From a virus (taxonomy: Duplodnaviria; Caudoviricetes), in the IMG/VR virus record IMGVR_UViG_3300035208_002115: 64,000 nucleotides of DNA. One strand, given 5' to 3'. Shown in pieces: positions 20,872 to 30,554 of the stretch. The notes beneath the pieces are model-generated. The model was not told the origin of the DNA. It did not search any database and saw nothing but the letters and a program-made list of their open reading frames with translations. A program made the position numbers and the translations under genes. The first letter of the stretch is position 1. Each line of letters begins with the position of its first letter.

Positions 20872-21957
20872 ATGTCTAATTTAACAACAGAAAAATTTAT
20901 AGAAAAAGCAAAATTGAAACATGGGGACAAATATAATTATAGTTTAGTTAATTATATAGATACTCATACTATAATTAGAATAATATGTTCGATTCATGGT
21001 GTTTTTGAACAAAAACCCTGTAATCATTTAGCTGGTTGTGGTTGTCAAATATGTTATAAAAATATACAAAATATTGATAAAAAATATACAAAAAACATTT
21101 TTATTGAAAAATCTAATATATTACATAATAATAAGTATGATTATAGTAAAGTTATTTATATCAACAGCAAAACTAAAGTAAAAATAATTTGTAAAGAACA
21201 CGGGGAATTCGAACAAACACCTAAACATCATTTAAAGGGTTGTGGGTGTAAAAAATGTAGTATATTATATAATAAAGAAATATTTGAAACAAAAGCTAAC
21301 CTAAAACATAATAATAAATATGATTATTCTTTAGTTAATTATAATAATTGTAGGAATAAAATAAAAATAATTTGTTCTGAACATGGTGTATTTGAACAAA
21401 TACCATATTATCATTTAGCTGGTAATGGATGTCCAAAATGTTCTAAAAGTTATAATAAAACAACTGAATATTTTATTAATAAAGCTAAAGAAATTCATGG
21501 CGATAAATATGATTACTCTTTAGTTGAATATAAAAAAGCTAAAAATAAAGTCGAGATTATCTGTTCAAAACATGGGTCATTTTTTCAAAGACCACAAGAC
21601 CATTTAAGCGGTAATGGTTGTCCAACATGTAATAATTCAAAAGGTGAGATAGAAATAAGAAAATTATTATCAAAAAATAACATCATATTTAAAGAACAAT
21701 ATATATTTGATAATTGTAAATTTAAAAATAAATTAAAATTTGATTTTTATTTAATAGAGAATGAATTATGTATAGAGTTTGATGGAAAACAACACTATGA
21801 AGAAGTTCGGCATTTTGGGGGTAAAAAAACATTAAATGAACAAAAAATTAGAGATGAAATAAAAAATAATTATTGTAAAGAAAATAATATATACTTATTA
21901 AGAATAAAATATAGTGAAGATATTGAACATAAATTAAAAGAGTATAATATCATATGA
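20872..21957 (+). mobile_element. Homing-endonuclease-like protein: four Zn-ribbon repeats plus C-terminal PD-(D/E)xK (Vsr/DUF559-like) nuclease
   Basis: 4x KYDYSLV.Y...K..IIC..HG.F.Q.P..HL.G.GC..C; SKGE...FDFYL...IEFDGKQHY...RDEIKN.YC....LLRIKY. Confidence 0.82.
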
Positions 21958-22370
21958 GATATAAAGAATTAAAATATCAGGGAAAAACTTATACGGAAAA
22001 ATATCAGATAGACGAAATTCTTTCTGAAAATAAATTTCTTTGGGTTTTAGAAGCTGAATTATCAACTCTTCGTATGGAGATTATGAAAAACACATTTATA
22101 ATTAATGGTGGTATTTGGTATTCTGGAACATTTAAATTTGGGGTAGTGAGAAATGTTGAAATGAGATTTTGTAATTGGGAAAATGGCGTTTGGTATAACG
22201 GATATTGGTGGGACGGTATATTTAAGTCTGGACTTATTTATAATGGCACTTTTTATAAAGGTCAATTCTTAAATGGTATAGCAAAAAATATGATGCCAAA
22301 CTCTGAGTATAAAACCAAACACGATTTTATAGATTGTGATATATCACCAAATTTCAAAATTGAAGAATAA
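21954..22370 (+). CDS. Protein with G-x-[WF]-x-x pentapeptide repeats
   Basis: GIWYSGTFKFG...NWENGVWYNGYWWDGIFKSGLIYNGTFYKGQF. Confidence 0.6.
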   Translation: MRYKELKYQGKTYTEKYQIDEILSENKFLWVLEAELSTLRMEIMKNTFIINGGIWYSGTFKFGVVRNVEMRFCNWENGVWYNGYWWDGIFKSGLIYNGTFYKGQFLNGIAKNMMPNSEYKTKHDFIDCDISPNFKIEE

Positions 22371-22373
22371 AAA

Positions 22374-23981
22374 ATGGAAACAACACACTTCTTAGAACAA
22401 CTTGATAATATTATAAACCGATATAACAGAACTTCTTTAAATGAGACTTCTTTTTTTGATAATATTAAAAATATAATAAAAACTTTTTTATCTGATAACA
22501 AAGATAGAATTGAATCTATATTACCAAAAGTTATAGATTTTATTAATAAAAAAAATATGAATGCTTTGTATAAAAAATCTATTCTTACATTCATTCTTAT
22601 GACAGTTATAGGTTTTGGACTTAATATTTCTAAAGCATCAGAAATTTTTCAAGATAAAGGTGTTTATGACAAAGTTGAATGGTCAGAAATTAAAATAGGA
22701 AAAAATTTAAATGTTGATGGACTTGATTCACATTTTGAATTAGGACAATATAATATGAAATATCTGCAAATTCAAGAATGGTATGATTCTATCACAAATC
22801 AATTACCATCTTATCCTGTATCAATAAAAGCTACATTCGTTGTAACTATAAGTAAAGACCCATCAAACCCAACAAATAAAAATTTCGCAAATGATGATAC
22901 AGAAGCAGATAAAGCAACTGGTGGTAAATTATTAGAAAAGAGAAAAAAAACAGCCGTTAAATTGTTAACAATGTTGAAAGATAAATTGAAAGCTGATAAT
23001 ATATCTTTTGATTTTGATGTTCTAACTAAAGTTGAAAATGAAAAAATTGGTTATTTTTCAGAAATAGTATACGAAGGAATACCAGTTGTAGCAAGTGGCG
23101 ATTTAGATGACGAAGCATATTATAACCAAGGTGAAGACCAACAAGACAATGATGGTAATTTTATTAGACCTAATATAACAGGTGGTAGAATGGATATTTC
23201 ATCTTTAAGTAGAAATTATCAATTTGTTGAACTTTTAAAGCTCGGAGATATAAATTCTAAGCGTTTTAATGGGGATAAGATTGATAGTGGTGATGAGTAT
23301 TCAAAATGGATAGTAAACACCAGAAAACACATTAAAGAGTTCTTAACGAGACTTCAAAAAGAATACCCTGAAAAAGGAATACAATTTGATAAATCTGCGA
23401 AAGCTATAAATCCAATAACTGGTTCTGTTGCTGGTATGTCAAATGTTGGTAAACAGTTTCAATATGTTCAAGAAAATAAATATATTAAATGTTTTGAAAG
23501 ATTTGAAAAGGAATTAAACCCTTTATATAGTAAATGGAAAAAAATATTAGGTCAATTTTTCCCAAAACTTACCGTTGGTCAAGCCGAAAAACTGGATAGA
23601 AACATCGATAGGATTCTTAATTATCTGGAACAAATGTATGGTAGTTCAATTTTAAATTTCACTTATGCTAAAACAATTGATATAAAAGAAAATGTTGATT
23701 TCAGTGTAGCAAATGAAATACTTCATCAGATTGGTAAGAGAGCTTTATATATGATGGGAGCGTGTAACTATATGGGTGAAGATAATGGTGTAACTTTTAA
23801 AATAAAAGGGAGTAAAAATTACAATTTTATAAAAATACTGTTAAATAATATGGATACATATGATATAACTTTTATAAAATTATCTCTCACTAAAAGAACC
23901 GAAAAGAAAATTGATGGTGTGTATAATGATAACTTACACGAAATTATCTCTAAAGAAACAGGTTTAGCACTAAATATATAA
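22374..23981 (+). CDS. Multi-domain hypothetical protein, possibly a processed internal head polyprotein
   Basis: LNE and IKE sites; internal KYIKCFERFE motif; C-terminal ANEILHQIG...DTYDITF...GVYNDNLHEII..TGL module recalled from phages/MGEs. Confidence 0.5.
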   Translation: METTHFLEQLDNIINRYNRTSLNETSFFDNIKNIIKTFLSDNKDRIESILPKVIDFINKKNMNALYKKSILTFILMTVIGFGLNISKASEIFQDKGVYDKVEWSEIKIGKNLNVDGLDSHFELGQYNMKYLQIQEWYDSITNQLPSYPVSIKATFVVTISKDPSNPTNKNFANDDTEADKATGGKLLEKRKKTAVKLLTMLKDKLKADNISFDFDVLTKVENEKIGYFSEIVYEGIPVVASGDLDDEAYYNQGEDQQDNDGNFIRPNITGGRMDISSLSRNYQFVELLKLGDINSKRFNGDKIDSGDEYSKWIVNTRKHIKEFLTRLQKEYPEKGIQFDKSAKAINPITGSVAGMSNVGKQFQYVQENKYIKCFERFEKELNPLYSKWKKILGQFFPKLTVGQAEKLDRNIDRILNYLEQMYGSSILNFTYAKTIDIKENVDFSVANEILHQIGKRALYMMGACNYMGEDNGVTFKIKGSKNYNFIKILLNNMDTYDITFIKLSLTKRTEKKIDGVYNDNLHEIISKETGLALNI

Positions 23982-23984
23982 TAT

Positions 23985-24392
23985 TTAATTATTCTTTTCC
24001 TCTGATTTAGAAATTAATCGATTAACTAAAAGATTAAGATTTTTATCATTTAAAATCTCCATCATTATATCTTGGTTGATTTTACTAATAGAACCAGATT
24101 TTTCTTTTAATTTTCTATGAGCATCCGAATTGTGATAAATTATCATATCTGCCAATTCACTTTCAGTGAAGTCCATATAAAATTCAAAATGTTTTTTTCT
24201 TCTTTTATTAATAAATTTTTTGAAATTATCTTTACAAAATATTTTAACAATGTCTATCGCCTTTGGTTTTAAAACATTTTCTAATTGCATATCTAAAATA
24301 TGATTAACATTTTTATAGAATTCATCATCAATATTCATAATATCCAATAATTTATTAACTAACTGTTCTTTATCATCATTATGTTCTTTCAT
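23985..24392 (-). CDS. Hypothetical protein (DUF2059-like)
   Basis: FYMDFTESELADMIIYHNSDAHRKL. Confidence 0.45.
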   Translation of the reverse strand: MKEHNDDKEQLVNKLLDIMNIDDEFYKNVNHILDMQLENVLKPKAIDIVKIFCKDNFKKFINKRRKKHFEFYMDFTESELADMIIYHNSDAHRKLKEKSGSISKINQDIMMEILNDKNLNLLVNRLISKSEEKNN

Positions 24393-24490
24393 AAACAGAA
24401 TACTCGTTTTGATTATATATTAAAGAATGTGAGTCCAATATTAAATACATTTTTATTTTTAATATATAGAATAAAATAAAATATCTTAAT

Positions 24491-24985
24491 ATGAAATATG
24501 TAAAAGCATTTGAAAGCTACGGAAAACCTGATAAAGATGTAGAAAATATGTACAATAAATTTGGAAAAGAATTTCCACTGGCTGCTGATTTGATAGCATA
24601 TTACATATTTAACTATAAAGAAACTGATAATAACATATTGAAAGTTATTAAAAAACATGCACATGAATTAAGTGAATTAGCTATGGGTTATGAAAATAGT
24701 TGGGAAGATAATATGGAAAATATTGAAACTGAAATTAAAAAAATTATTTATCCAACAGAATCTAACGAATCTGTGAAAAATAGTGAAAAAAACGTTATAG
24801 ATATACTTATCGCTATTGGTAAGATTGAAAAAATATTTGATGAAGAATATATACCAAATTTAAAATCTTTAATTGAGAACGGTTTAATAGATAAAAGATT
24901 ACTTGACCATGCAGAAGTTACTACAAATGATTTTGCAGCATTAAAAAGTTGGGCTAATCAAGATTTTAACAAACAAACTAAATAA
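24491..24985 (+). CDS. Putative internal head protein
   Basis: MKYVKAFESY N-terminus; TTAATATATA upstream. Confidence 0.5.
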   Translation: MKYVKAFESYGKPDKDVENMYNKFGKEFPLAADLIAYYIFNYKETDNNILKVIKKHAHELSELAMGYENSWEDNMENIETEIKKIIYPTESNESVKNSEKNVIDILIAIGKIEKIFDEEYIPNLKSLIENGLIDKRLLDHAEVTTNDFAALKSWANQDFNKQTK

Positions 24986-26298
24986 GGTAAAATTTTATCA
25001 GAATACGGAGAGCGTTTATTATAACCATATTTTTCAACATCCTTGGTCTCATTTTCAGTAACAAATAAATAATGTTTGTTATCGATGGCATCCCACAGGT
25101 CATGATTAGATACATCTTCAAATTCTGGTTCACAACCGCCACAAAATTCATCGCAAATAACATCTTTAATAATTTCAAAGTATTCCTGTGGTATAGGATT
25201 AATTCTTGGAACACCAGCATTATTAAAAACAGTACCAATGATACCAACAAGTTGTTTAACATAAAAATATTTAATGTTTTTACATTCTTCAATTGTATGA
25301 TATTTTATTTTTTCTTCGATGTTCATTTTTTACGTTTTGTAGAAGCAATTAAATCTCCTTTATAATACAATTTTCGCTCTTTAATAGTTGTGATTAATAT
25401 CAAGCCGTCAAAATTATAAGTATAACCAGAATTAATTTTATCATTGAAATTTATTATATCACAACCTTTTTCAATCGGTGGACACGCTATATAAGTTATA
25501 ATCTTACCATCTTTTCGGATAATAATCATATTTGAATTTTTAATATCAAAAGATATATCGTATTCCATAATTTTTTAATTAAACTGTCATAAATACTCGA
25601 CAAAATTCCTCTGATATAAATTGACCAGCACCAGCATTTCCACAGTTATTACCATAAATGTTGGTTAAATATTCAACACTAAAACCACCATTAGATGAAA
25701 CAGCTATAAAATAGTTATCTATGAATTTGTTCCACCAAGAACCTTTAGTTCCTTTTTTTGTTATATGAATTATTTTTTTATTCTTTTTCATGACTTAAAA
25801 TTTATCAGTTCTGATTCGAAATAATATCTCAATTTCAATGGCACGGGACACATTACTAAATTTATCACTCCATGTATAGAATTCGTGATTTTCAGCATCA
25901 AACAACGATTTCATCAATTTTGACTTCTTGAAATATGCTGGAGCTTCCTCTGAAGATATGAGATGACTTTCTTTTAAAATTTTTCTCAGTTCTTCGTTAC
26001 TCAGCGTTCTTGCTATATCATAACAACTTGGGGTTTTAATATCTTGCATATATTATGATTTTTGATTTGTAATACGAGTAACACACTCATCCAATATTAA
26101 ATCGGACATTGCATCCAAATTGGTAGAAATACCAGATTCATTTTCAACTACTATACCAAATTTTTTAAAAAGCGATTCTTTGGATAATTCAAGAGTAGTA
26201 TACAATCCACGAAATTCTAAAAGAAGATTTTTAAAATCTTCGTCTGACATTTTCTGTAAATAATCTTTAGAAGTCTGTAAATTTTTTCTGTAAACCAT
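24958..26298 (-). CDS. Operon of five small hypothetical proteins (24958-25326, 25323-25568, 25579-25791, 25795-26049, 26053-26298)
   Basis: Tight packing; TAnnTTTG promoter at 26323-26330 (-). Confidence 0.6.
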
Positions 26299-26369
26299 AA
26301 TTGTATGTTTTAGTTTGTCTTACAAAAATATACAGAAAAATAATATAAAAAAAATCGTAGTAAATTTAC

Positions 26370-26822
26370 TTATACACTTTTAAATTCGATAAATTCTAAA
26401 ATATTTTCATATATTAAAGAACTTCCAAATATTCCAACCAACGCAGAAAAAGTATCACATATAATATCATTCTTATCTTCCTCGGATATTTCATCCAAAG
26501 TATTTAATACAAATTCTATCTCATCATCATCAATGGAAGTAAAATCGGTAGGTAACTCTACATCTTCTATAATTTCTTCGGTTTCAATCTTACTAAAATA
26601 TTTATCCAAAAAATAATCATCTATTGTATTTTTTGCTATTTTGACTCTTATCAATACCAAATTGTTATCAACAACATCAGTTTCAATTATACCACCAAAA
26701 TAATCATCTATAAAATCGGTGATAATTTGATTAGAAAGACAGGAATTTCCAATCCCATTAATTGAATCTGACAATATACTAATTGAATTCTTTTTAAGAT
26801 AATCGGTATTTAATGTAATCAT
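26370..26822 (-). CDS. Acidic hypothetical protein
   Basis: ORF track; D/E-rich. Confidence 0.55.
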   Translation of the reverse strand: MITLNTDYLKKNSISILSDSINGIGNSCLSNQIITDFIDDYFGGIIETDVVDNNLVLIRVKIAKNTIDDYFLDKYFSKIETEEIIEDVELPTDFTSIDDDEIEFVLNTLDEISEEDKNDIICDTFSALVGIFGSSLIYENILEFIEFKSV

Positions 26823-26869
26823 AATTTAAATATAATTTTTAATAAATCATTTTTATATATAAATTAAAT

Positions 26870-27277
26870 ATGAGTTTAAATATGTCATTTATTAAAAATT
26901 ATAACATTTTTATAAACGAAAATATATCTGATGTTAAATTTATCAAACAATATATAGAAAAAACAAATCCACATACTGGTTCAAGAGATGCGTTTCAGGG
27001 AATAGGTCGTTTATCGGATTTTACTTGGAATGTTAAACAAACTTTAATTCAACCAGATGATAAAAAAATAGATTTGGATGATTTATATCCAGCATCTAAA
27101 TTAGATGTTAAGCGATATAAAAAAGCCTATTTAAAGGGGAGTGAATTTCCACCAATAGTACTGGTTGACAAAGGAAATAAATATACTATTTTAGATGGCG
27201 CACATAGATTGAAAGCTGCTATTGAATTGGATGTTCCAATAAGGGCATACATTGGTTATGAAATAAAAAATAAATAA
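26870..27277 (+). CDS. ParB/sulfiredoxin-like N-terminal domain protein
   Basis: FPPIVLV....YTILDGAHRLKAA. Confidence 0.75.
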   Translation: MSLNMSFIKNYNIFINENISDVKFIKQYIEKTNPHTGSRDAFQGIGRLSDFTWNVKQTLIQPDDKKIDLDDLYPASKLDVKRYKKAYLKGSEFPPIVLVDKGNKYTILDGAHRLKAAIELDVPIRAYIGYEIKNK

Positions 27278-27296
27278 TTTACATTTTTTAACATTT

Positions 27297-27372
27297 TTTG
27301 TCATTATGTCAGAAAAAGGTTTTATATTTGTCACGATTTATTAATTAAAACATTTTGGTACGAAATTCGTAC
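27297..27372 (+). promoter_or_regulatory. Bacteroidota-type promoter (TTTG...TATATTTG) plus palindrome GTACGAAATTCGTAC upstream of pth2
   Basis: TTTG 27297-27300; TATATTTG 27323-27330; palindrome 27358-27372. Confidence 0.55.
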
Positions 27373-27401
27373 ACAATAAAAACAAACAAAATTATTGCAT
27401 T

Positions 27402-27761
27402 ATGAAAGAAACATAAATTTACAACAGACTTTACGTAATCACTCGAAGTGATTTACATCCTTCTACTCAGGCGGTTCAAGCCATACATGCTGGTATTCAA
27501 TTTCAGCATGAACACCCAGAAATTTCAAAATCATGGAATGAATTATCTAATTATTTAGTCTTTTTGTCAGTTAATGACGAAAGGGAACTCCTATCTATTC
27601 ATTCTAAAGCAACTCAACAAGGTATTAAAGCGAGTGTTTTTCAAGAACCCGATTTGAATAATCAGGTTACTGCTATTACATTAGAACCAAGTTCTGATAC
27701 GAGAAAACTATGCTCTAATTTACCCTTGGCATTAAAAAACGTAAGTTTTAACAAAAATTAA
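27402..27761 (+). CDS. pth2: Pth2-family peptidyl-tRNA hydrolase with in-frame UAA at codon 5 (readthrough or AUU start required)
   Basis: MKET*IYNRLYVITRSDLHPSTQAVQAIHAGIQF...W...NYLVFLSV...FQEPDLNNQVTAITLEP...LPL; the ORF track captured only the C-terminal 65 aa. Confidence 0.8.
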
Positions 27762-27771
27762 TTTTAAAGTT

Positions 27772-27816
27772 ATGAAAGACACATAAATTTTCACACGAGG
27801 TTCACCAAGTCCATAG
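27772..27816 (+). promoter_or_regulatory. Leader minigene MKDT-UAA-IFTRGSPSP-UAG, in frame with the downstream gene
   Basis: TATGAAAGACACATAAATTT versus TATGAAAGAAACATAAATTT at the pth2 start (19/20 identical). Confidence 0.65.
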
Positions 27817-27888
27817 TTAAAAATTAGGATTTTGAACAAAAATTATTTAAACAAAAATTATTTAAAAACAAAAAACAAAAATTTAATT

Positions 27889-28350
27889 ATGGAAACATTA
27901 GTAAAAAATGACGTAAGATATTCAGTAAGTGCTGAATCTTTAACAGAAAGAATCAAAGAAAATGTTAATACAATCGATAGCTTTGTAAAGAAAAACGGTT
28001 ATCAGTTAACAAACATAACCGAATACAATAATAAATTAAAAGATAATAATTATCTTTTGGGTATTCAAGTATTAATTTCTAAATTATCTCTGAATCAGAG
28101 AAAAAAATTAAGGAATGCTATCAATAGGATTTTCAACAATCCAACTTTAAAAAATGTAAATTACTTTTTACATATTTTATATAGCAGAGTCTTAAAATCT
28201 GACCAGAGAGTTAAGATTAAAAAGAGCGAACAAGAATTAGCCATCGAAAAGGCCAGAAAGGATTGGAAACTATATAGAGATGAGGCCGAGAGATTGAGAT
28301 TAGCTTATAAAGAATTGAAAGGTGATTTCTACAAAAACAAAGTAAAATAA
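27889..28350 (+). CDS. Basic helical hypothetical protein downstream of pth2
   Basis: ATG 27889 (METLVKN); K/R-rich C-terminal helix. Confidence 0.65.
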   Translation: METLVKNDVRYSVSAESLTERIKENVNTIDSFVKKNGYQLTNITEYNNKLKDNNYLLGIQVLISKLSLNQRKKLRNAINRIFNNPTLKNVNYFLHILYSRVLKSDQRVKIKKSEQELAIEKARKDWKLYRDEAERLRLAYKELKGDFYKNKVK

Positions 28351-28449
28351 AATATTTATGCGTTGTAGAACCTATAAACACTATTTATCGATTGTAATAT
28401 CGATAAATAGCGTGATAAATAGAATTATCACCGAAATACGTGATAAAAT

Positions 28450-28477
28450 AAAAAGAGGGTTTTTGACCCTCTTTTTT
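28450..28477. terminator. Bidirectional intrinsic terminator
   Basis: AAAAAGAGGGT-ttttg-ACCCTCTTTTT. Confidence 0.75.
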
Positions 28478-28868
28478 ATTTCACTATTGTAAATTTACTT
28501 TTAATAGCTGAATCTATACCATCTAAAGAATTTTCACCACCAATAAGAATAAAAATTTTATTTTTCTTATTTATAATTTCAAGAGCATCATTTCTAACTT
28601 CAATATCTGCTTTATCAAATTCTTCGAATACATTAATATCATATTTTTTATAAACTCTTTCCAATTCTCCACCCATCAGCATACTAAGCCTTATGACACT
28701 ATATTTTTTTCCTAAATCTGATAATTTTTTATCCAACTTTGTTATAAGTCCAGTTCCAATTTTATTATAAACAAAAATAGGACTGGTTTTTTTATCTATC
28801 AAATTAATAATATCGTTTATTTTATTATCAGTTTTACTAAAGTCCTCAAAAAGTTTTAAATGTTCCAT
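28476..28868 (-). CDS. Degenerate AAA+-like domain protein with CTS-like N-terminus
   Basis: MEHLKLFEDF; broken Walker A (YNKIGTGLIT), FEEFDKAD Walker-B-like, DSAIKSKF. Confidence 0.45.
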   Translation of the reverse strand: MEHLKLFEDFSKTDNKINDIINLIDKKTSPIFVYNKIGTGLITKLDKKLSDLGKKYSVIRLSMLMGGELERVYKKYDINVFEEFDKADIEVRNDALEIINKKNKIFILIGGENSLDGIDSAIKSKFTIVK

Positions 28869-28899
28869 AATTATTTATTATTTTTTTTTTATATATTAA

Positions 28900-29271
28900 T
28901 TATTGAAAAATAAATTTCACATTATAATCTTTAATTGTAGTTGTTATATACATTATATCCTGAATAGTTCCTTCAAAAATTTCTATACTAATATCATATT
29001 CCATTTGTGTTAGTTCTGGTATATATATTACTATTTGGTCAGTAATTATTTTTTTAATTTGTTTGGCTGGTACTTTAGTTTTCCATAGATAATATTCTAT
29101 ATCACATCCCATATTCGGGTCACCCAATACCTCACCTTTTCTTGAAAATAATAACATTTCCAACTTTTGAATAATAACATTGATAACATTATCTTCAATT
29201 ATATATTCTGAATTATATTTAGGATGACCTTCATATATTATATAAATATCTTTGAAATCACGAATAGCCAT
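28900..29271 (-). CDS. Baseplate wedge / sheath-initiator protein (T4 gp25-like)
   Basis: LLFSRKGEVLGDPNMGCDIEYYLW. Confidence 0.8.
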   Translation of the reverse strand: MAIRDFKDIYIIYEGHPKYNSEYIIEDNVINVIIQKLEMLLFSRKGEVLGDPNMGCDIEYYLWKTKVPAKQIKKIITDQIVIYIPELTQMEYDISIEIFEGTIQDIMYITTTIKDYNVKFIFQ

Positions 29272-29325
29272 ATGAAACTATATTTTTTTAATATATATTA
29301 AAAATTAAATATCTTAATTAAATAA

Positions 29326-30469
29326 ATGACACCCGAAATTTCTATTTCAATTACGGACATAATAGGTAAGATTGAAAACGGACTCGCCCTATTATTATCT
29401 TTAGTTATTAAAGAAAAACAATATGATTTGATTTATTGGATAGACAAAAATAATAACTATCGATTAGAAGCTGATATTAATTTTCTGACGGATTTTAAAT
29501 TAACAAATATATATGACTATAAAAACCTAGATTCATTGGTAGTGTTTATAGAAAAAAATATTCCAAATAAAAGTCAACTTTTAGATGAGTATATTATATA
29601 AAAATAAAAAACGAAACAATATGTCTAAAACAAAAAGAAGTAAAGAAAGTAAAAAGAAAGCCAGACATCACGGTTTAATGGTGAAACATGCCAAAAAGAG
29701 CAATGATAAAAAACGAATGGAATTCTTTAGACAGTTAATTGAAGAAAAAAGAAAAATAGAAACTCAGTCTGAAAATATTGTAAATGCTGATGAGGTGGGT
29801 GTTGATGTGGATATTGATGTAGATGTTGACAGTATTAATCAAATTATGACTGATTCAGTTACGGATGCCGTTGAAGAAACAGAACCAGTGATAGAAAAAT
29901 TTCCTGAAACTAATTCTTCAATTGAAGAATAAAAACAAATATAAAAATATGTATATATTAAATTTTGATAGAGTTATAGAACTTGAAAAAGCTTATAGAG
30001 ACTCAGATATAGCATCATCTTCGTTTCATAATATGGTTTCAGTTATGTCTAATAATGAAGACACTCCAGAATCTGGCGTTATTATAAATACACTTATACA
30101 TTTGGGGGTTTTAATTGGAAAGAAATAAATTTTGGTATAAAAATGTTTATAAGTTATAATAATATGATTAAATATATTCGAATGTATAGTGGATAGTTCA
30201 TAGTACTTGATACTATGAATAATTTCCATAAATTATGGAAGGTAGTGACTACCAGTAAGACTGGTTCACAAGCCCCTTCATATTTCGTTGAAACGGAATA
30301 TGTAATCGTAAAATCGAAATCTACCAGCGAAAATAAAGAGGTGGAATATTTGATGGCTTTGGAAGAAGCTAAAAAAAGAAGCCGTTTGGCTGATTTTCCA
30401 GATGTCTGGAAAATTGATGTTATAGACACTAAAAAAGTCTATGATTCAAAAAGACACAAATGGTTTTAA
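29326..30469 (+). CDS. Four small hypothetical proteins (29326-29601, ~29621-29932, ~29949-30128, 30215-30469)
   Basis: ORF track; second has a basic N-half and acidic C-half. Confidence 0.5.
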
Positions 30470-30475
30470 AAAAGA

Positions 30476-30503
30476 AATCCGACTTTAGAAGTCGGATTTT
30501 TTT
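30476..30503. terminator. Bidirectional intrinsic terminator
   Basis: AATCCGACTT-tag-AAGTCGGATT followed by a T-run. Confidence 0.75.
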
Positions 30504-30554
30504 ATTTGGACATATATCGGGACATAAATAATGATAAAATGTCCTGATATAATT

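Noticed and set aside
27564-27761. 65-aa TTG-start ORF from the track as a complete gene
   Set aside because: It is the C-terminal half of Pth2; conserved N-terminal motifs lie upstream in the same frame.
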